Of a stretch of DNA of 64,000 nt, positions 57,217 through 64,000 are shown one piece after another. Source of the stretch: a virus. The DNA lies in IMG/VR virus record IMGVR_UViG_3300042869_001157, positions 2,598 to 66,597 of that record; one strand, written 5' to 3'. Both the position numbers and the translations under genes were made by a program. The stretch's first letter is position 1. The number at the start of each line of letters is the position of its first letter. Under the pieces are notes generated by a model that was not told the DNA's origin, did no database searches, and saw only the letters and a program-made list of their open reading frames with translations.

Positions 57217-58972
57217 TGTTCTCTCCCCATTTCATAATGAAACGTTTTTTGTCTTCTTCAACAATATTTTCAAAGTCTTCTGGTGGATTTGTCTTTATGG
57301 TCATGCTATCTGCATGGACGCAGTGTGTTTTGTGTGAAATAACAGTTTTGTATGGCGTATTATGATTTACCCAATTAACTAAATCGTCGTCGCCGTACCA
57401 CCACTTGTACCCTTCATCGAACGACCATGCTTTGACGAGTTCTGAACGTAGAACCATAGCGAAACCAGCCATGCCACCAGTGCCGTCATATCGTGAACGA
57501 CAAGTATCAAAAACTTGCTTATCTTCAGTCATTTCAATTTCTGTATAGTTGGGGCAAACTAGACCAATGTTTTTGTTTCTGTCTAAGGTTTCACAAAGTG
57601 AACTAATACATGAGACATCTAGCCGCACATCGTCGTTCAAGAATGCTATATGGTTTTTTCTACCAACAGTATTCATACCTAAATTCCATAAATACTGGAT
57701 TCCTTTGCCTTCTTCGGCAGTAAAAAATTGAATAGATTCATTGATTTCTAAGTCGTATGGCAATTCTAGAAGATTGTCAAATACGTGAGGTCCATCGGCA
57801 ACTACGCATATTTTGCCAACTTTTTTATCGATGCATAAATCTTGCAATAAAGCAATAAGTCCTTCAAAATTACTTTTTGTTGGTATAACAACATTGACGC
57901 AAGTTTTTGCGCTCTCATACCAGTATTGATTATCTAGAAGACGTTCATCTTCGGGATGAAAACTCAGCGCTTCTAAACCATGCTTGATTGCTTCATCGTA
58001 TAGGCCTAGACGATAAGCGCTGATCGCTGCAAGGTCATGCGGCAAATATCCCCATGATTTTGCTTCATTAAGATATAACGACCCTCGTTCAGTAATCGCT
58101 AGGGTACGTTTGGCGGCCCAGTAACATCCTTCCCATTTGGAAGTATCAAAACAATGTTGTGCTAGGTCAAGCCATGGTTCCCGACCTTCTGGATATTCGG
58201 CACATGCTCGCAGAAGCCAAAATTCTGCTTTATGTGGATGCATTATTGCGAGGAATCGCATTGAATAAGCACGTTCTGCATTCCAGTTGGAATCCTTCAT
58301 TACTAGATGGCGTTCAAATAGTTTTGTTGCTTCTTCGTATCTGTTGTTAAAAAACAGTTCTCGTGCTGTGTAGTAGGTTTGCCGACCATTTTCTGGATCG
58401 TCTTCTATGTCTTGCAGTAATAGGGGGAGGTAGGAACTTCGTGATTTAGTTTGGTCTGGGAAATGATGTATTTGAAATTCGTTAGTGAAGTGGTGGCGTT
58501 CTTCCCCACTTGTTTGTACGTTGACTTCGTGACATGCGCCTTTCCATCTGAACATTTGGCGTCTAACTATTTTGTCTCCATGATAAACCAGGCCCGGGCT
58601 TCCGTCTTCTAGCCAATTCCAGGTATATGAGTAACGTACTCGTGTTGCCCAATCTGGTGCATTTTTTAATGCGGTAGTCCAGTCACCTAGTAATTGTTCA
58701 TCTAAATCTAGGTTGATTATCCATGCATCAACATCTGGTAGTAAATCAAGTAAATGATTTCGTGCGTTAGCAAAATGCCATGGATTGAACGTTTGTTCAA
58801 ATACGCTAATGCCACATTCTTTGGCTATTGAAACAGTGTTATCCGTTGAGCCAGTATCGAGAAGGAATATGCCATCTGCACCCTTGGCACTTTCTACCCA
58901 AGTTTTAACATACTTTTCTTCATTCTTGGCAATAGATGCAACAAAAATTGGTTTACTCATATCGCTCATCAT
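57206..58972 (-). CDS. Glycosyltransferase family 2, TPR region and second GT2 domain
   Basis: IAKNEE...LDTGSTD...FANARN...LDLDE...HE; TPR-like helices; second domain VVIPT...WNLG...FLNDD...WYGDDD. Confidence 0.88.
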   Translation of the reverse strand: MMSDMSKPIFVASIAKNEEKYVKTWVESAKGADGIFLLDTGSTDNTVSIAKECGISVFEQTFNPWHFANARNHLLDLLPDVDAWIINLDLDEQLLGDWTTALKNAPDWATRVRYSYTWNWLEDGSPGLVYHGDKIVRRQMFRWKGACHEVNVQTSGEERHHFTNEFQIHHFPDQTKSRSSYLPLLLQDIEDDPENGRQTYYTARELFFNNRYEEATKLFERHLVMKDSNWNAERAYSMRFLAIMHPHKAEFWLLRACAEYPEGREPWLDLAQHCFDTSKWEGCYWAAKRTLAITERGSLYLNEAKSWGYLPHDLAAISAYRLGLYDEAIKHGLEALSFHPEDERLLDNQYWYESAKTCVNVVIPTKSNFEGLIALLQDLCIDKKVGKICVVADGPHVFDNLLELPYDLEINESIQFFTAEEGKGIQYLWNLGMNTVGRKNHIAFLNDDVRLDVSCISSLCETLDRNKNIGLVCPNYTEIEMTEDKQVFDTCRSRYDGTGGMAGFAMVLRSELVKAWSFDEGYKWWYGDDDLVNWVNHNTPYKTVISHKTHCVHADSMTIKTNPPEDFENIVEEDKKRFIMKWGENNAR

Positions 58973-58999
58973 AATATAAATATCTAAACAATTTTTCTT

Positions 59000-59488
59000 T
59001 TATGGCAAATCTATTTTTAAATGTTCTTTATTGAGTAGGCGAGTTGTTTCTGGAGCATAATGTGCTGGTTCTGCCAATTCCCATGCTTTGTCGTAATCTA
59101 ACCATCCCCAGATATCAACATTAATAAATTCTGGTACTTCGGGTTGGGCAGCAAAAAGAACTAAACCTTTTCCTAATTGATGTTTCCGCACTGCGACAGT
59201 GTTTCCTTTGCGTACACGTCGTACTTCAATGTTTCTGCCGACATCGGGAACATTTCGATATTTATTATGTTCTTCTTTTGACCATACATGCCCACTCCAA
59301 AAACGATTAGTTGCTTTGGCTACGGCGAGTTCACAAATAGCAGATGCGACTGTTGCCGTTCTATCGTCTTCCATTAATTCTTTTTTATAATGTGGAGCAT
59401 CTTGTTTTCCCCAATTTGCAGCAAACCTTGCTATGCCAACATTGCACGCATGCACGTATTCCCAGGGTTCAAGAGTGATAATGGTCAT
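59000..59488 (-). CDS. Hypothetical protein, possibly PD-(D/E)xK-like
   Basis: The probable start MTIITLE at 59488 avoids overlap with the divergent gene. Contains ELAVAK...PDVG.NIEVR. Confidence 0.6.
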   Translation of the reverse strand: MTIITLEPWEYVHACNVGIARFAANWGKQDAPHYKKELMEDDRTATVASAICELAVAKATNRFWSGHVWSKEEHNKYRNVPDVGRNIEVRRVRKGNTVAVRKHQLGKGLVLFAAQPEVPEFINVDIWGWLDYDKAWELAEPAHYAPETTRLLNKEHLKIDLP

Positions 59489-59543
59489 ATATAAATTCCG
59501 TTTCGTAACGTGATGGCAATATGAGTTCAAGTATAATTGAAAG

Positions 59544-60182
59544 ATGTTAGAAAAGCACCTAAAATCATCTAGTGAACGCAAGTTTTCTGGCGTTTACACA
59601 GATTCTGATATTGCGGTGTTAATGAACTATGGGCGCGTAAGTAGTAACAGATATAAAAATAGACAAATAATGCATGACCCAATGTTTTTGAATGCAATGC
59701 GCATGCTCATTGACCACGAACGGCCTTCATATGTAATGGAATTCGGTACTTTTGATGGTGGCCTATCTGAGTACATGAGCGATACTGCTAAAAATATTAA
59801 TCATGACATGAAGATCATTTCGTACGACATCGATTTTTTGAGAAATGTTATTCAGGAACCAATTAGTGATGTTGAGTTAGTTCAACTTGATATTTTTGAC
59901 ATCAAAAATTATTTAACAGTTAATCACGAAATGATCGCAAATCTTGATGGACCAAAATTTGTTATTGACGATGTTGGAATTAACACAATTGAGTTATTGG
60001 AAGCGATTGACCCATATTTAAAAAAGGGAGATCATTTCATCTGTTGTCATACTTTGAATAAAGATACACATGACGGAATTTTAAACCACATAGGTGATAG
60101 TTATTCTATAAATACCTATGCTTGCGATATGTTTGGTGAGAACTTCATAGAAAATCCAAACGGATTTCTAGTAAAAAACTAA
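59544..60182 (+). CDS. CmcI/cephalosporin-hydroxylase-like SAM-dependent methyltransferase
   Basis: RPSYVMEFGTFDGG, IISYDID, VIDD, LKKGDHFI and CDMFGEN...NPNGFL. Confidence 0.72.
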   Translation: MLEKHLKSSSERKFSGVYTDSDIAVLMNYGRVSSNRYKNRQIMHDPMFLNAMRMLIDHERPSYVMEFGTFDGGLSEYMSDTAKNINHDMKIISYDIDFLRNVIQEPISDVELVQLDIFDIKNYLTVNHEMIANLDGPKFVIDDVGINTIELLEAIDPYLKKGDHFICCHTLNKDTHDGILNHIGDSYSINTYACDMFGENFIENPNGFLVKN

Positions 60183-61003
60183 AAAGTTGTCTTAACAATA
60201 TAATGTTCTTTGTCGGCAATCTTATAAATATCGTGCTGATGAGGCATGGAACGTCTAACCATCACTCTTTTCAACCATCTATCATTGCCATCATAATTAG
60301 GAACGAATGGTGTTCTCCCGTGAACAACTTTCCAATTTTCAATAATGGCAATATTACCAGTAGATAATACAAAAGCCTGCTTGCAACTTTCTATGGCAGA
60401 AGAAAGAACTTCCAAAGCGTGATTCGCGTCCTTGTTGAGTCCATTCATCAAAACGCGATCATAAGCCATCGACGTGCCATTATTAAAAAATACTGCAGTT
60501 TTAATTAAAGAGTCTTTCTGATTCGAATTTTGAAAACTCTTATCTAATGTTGTTGTAAACATCGGTTGATGCAAAATATCAATAGTTTCTTGATCCATGC
60601 CATATAAAATATCATCAAGAATTGCATAAGTTGTTTCAGCACGCTCATCTCCACGAACACAAAGAAGAATTACATACTGTGGACGCCAAGGATGAAAAGC
60701 AGTCTCAGTATGCATCTCCAAAGTAGCCAAAGATGAAGAAGAAATTTGTTCACTTTCATTTTTCTTTATTGGAAAAAGATTCTGAACAATAGCGCCATCC
60801 TGTTCCTGAATAAAACCATAAGGTTTACCCCATGCCTCGCAAAATCTAATTAACGAAGAATCAATTAGACGAAGATTATCTGAATCCCAAAACTTCGTAC
60901 CGTACTCAAGCAACGTCGGCGTTTTAATATCATGCATTAACTCCGCAACAGAAGGAGAGTCCTTGTGGCATTTAAAGTCAATGATCTGTAAGCCTGCACC
61001 CAC
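60179..61003 (-). CDS. Clavaminate-synthase/TauD-like Fe(II)/2-oxoglutarate dioxygenase
   Basis: EQDGAIVQN..P, QISSSS...LEMHTETAFHP (HxE), LLCVR, VVHGRTPF and DRWLKR. Confidence 0.88.
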   Translation of the reverse strand: MGAGLQIIDFKCHKDSPSVAELMHDIKTPTLLEYGTKFWDSDNLRLIDSSLIRFCEAWGKPYGFIQEQDGAIVQNLFPIKKNESEQISSSSLATLEMHTETAFHPWRPQYVILLCVRGDERAETTYAILDDILYGMDQETIDILHQPMFTTTLDKSFQNSNQKDSLIKTAVFFNNGTSMAYDRVLMNGLNKDANHALEVLSSAIESCKQAFVLSTGNIAIIENWKVVHGRTPFVPNYDGNDRWLKRVMVRRSMPHQHDIYKIADKEHYIVKTTF

Positions 61004-61004
61004 T

Positions 61005-61175
61005 TCATTTTCCTACGTCTCTCAACACCAACAACTCCACATACTCCCTAATACTCAACCCATACCCCTCAGCCTGCGCCAACACCAACCTCTTAAAATC
61101 AGCAGACACCTTCAACGACAAAGACGCACGATCCCCAACCGGAACAACCGGAGGCCTACCCGTCAACCGCTTCAT
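61005..61175 (-). CDS. Small ribbon-helix-helix-like protein (56 aa, not in the ORF track)
   Basis: Manual translation MKRLTGRPPVVPVGDRASLSLKVSADFKRLVLAQAEGYGLSIREYVELLVLRDVGK*. ATGA overlap with the upstream gene. Confidence 0.65.
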   Translation of the reverse strand: MKRLTGRPPVVPVGDRASLSLKVSADFKRLVLAQAEGYGLSIREYVELLVLRDVGK

Positions 61176-61639
61176 ACACCCACCCTCAACAACTCAACCA
61201 ATCGCGCCTCACAAACATCACGATACACCTCCAAAAAATACTCCCGATCACCATTAGTCGTCAAACCAAACACAACATCTCCCAACTTCTGAATCGTTTC
61301 CACCACCGTCACAGCAAGCACCGGACGCTCCACACCAGAATTCAAAGCAACCCGCAACCCCTGCAACTGACCCCACGCAACAGCAGGAGAAACAACATCA
61401 CTAATACGATCAGCAAACACATGCCTACGCAACAACCCAGGAGTCGGCATCACCTTAGACACCGTCGCCAACTCAACAAACTTCACACGCAACAACTCAA
61501 CATCCACATCCCCCAACACATCAAACCAAGCACGAACAACATTACGCCGATCACCCTCAAACAACTCACGATTAAACATCGCAAAACAAACCGACACAAA
61601 CTGCTCAAACTCCTTCGACACATCACGAACCCTCACCAC
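61172..61639 (-). CDS. Putative replicative helicase loader/inhibitor-like protein
   Basis: AWFDVLGDVD...MPTPGLLR...AWG...FLEVY pattern; lies downstream of a replication-initiator-like gene. Confidence 0.55.
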   Translation of the reverse strand: MVRVRDVSKEFEQFVSVCFAMFNRELFEGDRRNVVRAWFDVLGDVDVELLRVKFVELATVSKVMPTPGLLRRHVFADRISDVVSPAVAWGQLQGLRVALNSGVERPVLAVTVVETIQKLGDVVFGLTTNGDREYFLEVYRDVCEARLVELLRVGV

Positions 61640-62028
61640 GGCTCATCACCATCCACCAAATACCCCAAAAACCGCTCAACATTATCATGCGAACGAAAAA
61701 TCAAATCCAAACTGTCATACCGACGCCCACGCTTATTCCGCCCCATATGAAAATCCGACTTCGAACAACCATCAATCGCACGCCGGCACACCTCCATACC
61801 AAAATCACTAATCGCAGCCGCAACACGATCACGACCCTTAACATCCAGACGCGCAGGGTTCTTCCGATTCGGTCGCATCACATGACACCAGTAGTCGTAG
61901 ATTTCTTGAATGGCGCTTTCCGCCACCGTAGAACCTTTGACTGTCTGTTCTACCGTTGCTTTTGAAGGTCCGCGAACTTTCTTCTTCTTCTTCTCTGGTT
62001 TTTGAAATTCAAAAAATTCGTTTTCCAT
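61633..62028 (-). CDS. Phage replication-protein C-terminal-like domain protein
   Basis: IYDYW...AIDGCSKSDFHMGRN...YDSLDLIFR...VERF resembles the C-termini of phage replisome organizers. Confidence 0.55.
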   Translation of the reverse strand: MENEFFEFQKPEKKKKKVRGPSKATVEQTVKGSTVAESAIQEIYDYWCHVMRPNRKNPARLDVKGRDRVAAAISDFGMEVCRRAIDGCSKSDFHMGRNKRGRRYDSLDLIFRSHDNVERFLGYLVDGDEPW

Positions 62029-62485
62029 AGTATTTAATATATTAACGTTCAAAGTGTCTTCCTTTCTTTACTTTGCTTGACCGATCGGTACGCGTATAGA
62101 TTCTTCTCTCAAAAGGTGTTTTATTTGTGAGTTAATAAAGAATCATTACAAGCAATGACTTTAGTTTCTCAATAGTTGAAAACTAGTAAGAGAAGAAAAC
62201 CCCTTTGGAGGGGGTCCGGGGGAACCTTTAGAAAAGGTCTCTCCGTCTCAAGTGCACCACTAATAGCACTTTGCGCAGGTGACGCAAGTGTTATCACAGT
62301 TCCGACCGGTCGACCGTAGTTGTTGTCGGGCAACGTATCACGCGTTGTGGCGCGCGTGCAAGCACCGATGGGATATTTCTTTAAATATTTGAAAGATTTG
62401 TTTACATGCACGTGTTTTGTGGTTGTGCTAGGTTGATTTTTAGCCGGAGAAGTTCCCCTTTCCTTCGATGGCCACTAGGGTTGAT

Positions 62486-62522
62486 GCCTCAGGGGGTGGA
62501 TGCAGGTGATGCCTCCTGAGGC
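62486..62522. other. GC-rich hairpin in a long non-coding region
   Basis: GCCTCAGGGGG pairs with CCTCCTGAGGC. Confidence 0.6.
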
Positions 62523-62685
62523 TCCCCACCCGGGCGGGGGTTTTCCGAAAAGTAGTTTCTTTTACCAGGTGTGCTGGACGGCTAAAAAAGCAATTTTTTT
62601 TTTGGGGGTGGTGTGCTCCCCTTACATATTGGATAGATTTATCTAAACAGAGGAACGTGTTTATATATTTTTGACCCCTAGTGGA

Positions 62686-63216
62686 TCAGAACACCCATTC
62701 CTTTTCGTGGTGAGGGCCGCTTTCCACCACCGTCACTTGTAGCGCGTGTAAGGGCACAACATCAAACAAAAAAGAACCCTCTTCCCACATCGCACCAACA
62801 ATTGAATACCCAACAACGTCTAGGATATTGTCCTCGATTGATTCATGATTGGGGGTCCGGCCCGAAGACATCAAGTTTTCGAGACGTGCAATCTTGTCAT
62901 GCATACGCACCAGGAGACCCAAACGACCGAATCGAGCAATATTGTGATGCCCGTAGTCGCACTGTTTGCGGATCACCGTGTCTAAAACGTGCTGGGCAGC
63001 ACTCGGACCTTCGAAATAGCCGTGGCGCCGGCCTAACTGCAACGCAATCTTCCCTAAAGCAACGAATTCTTCGCTCTGGCAGCCTTCTAAACGTTCTGAG
63101 GTGTTCGAGTCGACAAAGTGATCCAGAAGGAACCTGAGGCCTTCCAGGGTGCCGGATGGTTGATCACCGTTAAAGATTCTTTCGGTGACTTCGGCTGCGG
63201 CAGTGTTCCAGTTCAT
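62686..63216 (-). CDS. Nucleotide-modification-associated (DUF1599/Nmad1-like, MazG-fold) protein
   Basis: RKQCDYG..NI..FG..GLLVRMHDKIARLENL...ESIEDNILDVVGY. The probable start MNWN at 63216 overlaps the upstream stop. Confidence 0.75.
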   Translation of the reverse strand: MNWNTAAAEVTERIFNGDQPSGTLEGLRFLLDHFVDSNTSERLEGCQSEEFVALGKIALQLGRRHGYFEGPSAAQHVLDTVIRKQCDYGHHNIARFGRLGLLVRMHDKIARLENLMSSGRTPNHESIEDNILDVVGYSIVGAMWEEGSFLFDVVPLHALQVTVVESGPHHEKEWVF

Positions 63217-63635
63217 AAATCTCCGAGTTGGTCGACCAGGTTCTCTGGCGGGTTCTGATCGTAAATGTACGCGATATCTTTCGCCAGTGTCGACATGAAC
63301 TTTTCCCATTCCTCTTCGCGTTCCTCTTCGGAGTCGAACTCTTCGATCAATTCCTGAACCCGATCCTGGATAAATTCATCCGAATAGGCGGCTACGATAA
63401 TAAAATTCGACACCCCCGGAAACAAAACCGGCCCATCACCACCCAAACCAGACCGAGGAACATGCAAACACTTCACCAAACGCCGACCATCCGAACCCAA
63501 AAACAAAACATCCGACTCACCCCGGGACTCCCCTAACTCAAAAGACACATCATTCACACACTCAAACAACGCCCCAGGCAAAAAACCATCCAAACCACCC
63601 AAAAAATCAAACAAATCCCCAAAATCCTCACCCAT
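63213..63635 (-). CDS. Acidic hypothetical protein
   Basis: ORF coupled by an ATGA overlap to the DUF1599-like gene; probable start MGEDFG. Confidence 0.6.
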   Translation of the reverse strand: MGEDFGDLFDFLGGLDGFLPGALFECVNDVSFELGESRGESDVLFLGSDGRRLVKCLHVPRSGLGGDGPVLFPGVSNFIIVAAYSDEFIQDRVQELIEEFDSEEEREEEWEKFMSTLAKDIAYIYDQNPPENLVDQLGDL

Positions 63636-63750
63636 AACAACCCTTTCCACCACCGTCAAACAAAGCACAAACACAAAAAAACATTAAAACCACAAAAAAA
63701 CTTTACAACACACCCCACACCAACCAAAAACGTCAACTAACATACTAAAC

Positions 63751-64000
63751 ATGGACAACAACACCAGATTCAACCAATACCACCAAGCACTACAACAATA
63801 CATCCAACGCGAAGGCAACGCACTCGTCCCCGCAACCCACACCGAAAAACTCGACGGCCAACAAATCACACTCGGGGCTTGGGTCGGCTACATGCGCCAA
63901 CGCAACAAAAACGGCAAACTCCCCCAAAACCGTCAACAAACCCTCAACAACACACAAGGCTGGACCTGGGGACCACTCAAACCAGGCCCCACCACCAAAA
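63751..64000 (+). CDS. Helicase-associated (HA) domain protein; runs off the window edge
   Basis: Manual translation MDNNTRFNQYHQALQQYIQREGNALVPATHTE...LGAWVGYMRQRNKNGKLPQNRQQTLNNTQGWTWGP matches the HA repeat pattern. Confidence 0.78.
   Translation, partial: MDNNTRFNQYHQALQQYIQREGNALVPATHTEKLDGQQITLGAWVGYMRQRNKNGKLPQNRQQTLNNTQGWTWGPLKPGPTTK

Noticed and set aside
60963-61965. Plus-strand Gln/His/Thr-rich ORFs
   Set aside because: Artefacts of the A/C-rich strand; coherent coupled genes lie on the minus strand.
1-64000. tRNA, rRNA, integrase or transposase genes
   Set aside because: None recognised by eye; tRNAscan-SE and HMM searches would be needed to exclude them firmly.

Overview
The window is a 64-kb segment of a large tailed dsDNA phage (Caudoviricetes, HK97-type head). 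An actinobacterial host is inferred from the ferredoxin type, the helicase-associated domain and a leaderless promoter. The left 48 kb is a greatly expanded head module. It runs from an intein-containing large terminase (minus strand, truncated by the window edge), through the portal and a 3658-aa HK97-family prohead-protease fusion, to the major capsid protein at 46.9 kb. Four giant ORFs (2281-3658 aa), and weakly a fifth, are strings of unrelated small domains separated by about 55 copies (manual count) of a G-[MFLV]-R-S-[RKS] linker. These domains include KTSC, WGR, DEDDh exonuclease, zeta-toxin-like kinase, ArdC, HExxH zincins, pentapeptide repeats and ADP-ribosyltransferase-like folds. 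The proteins share N-terminal signatures (Lys-x-[LI]-G followed by DxDxDG...RP, or RCPxG...FTD). One module is duplicated exactly between linkers, and a candidate -1 frameshift signal sits at the protease/cargo junction. I interpret this, by inference, as a capsid-packaged, proteolytically processed and modular cargo-polyprotein system. The right 16 kb holds low-complexity head-associated proteins, a thermonuclease, a ferredoxin, two HNH endonucleases, a glycosyl/methyltransferase/dioxygenase cluster, replication-associated genes and a structured non-coding region. All domain calls come from motif recognition by eye; no searches were run.
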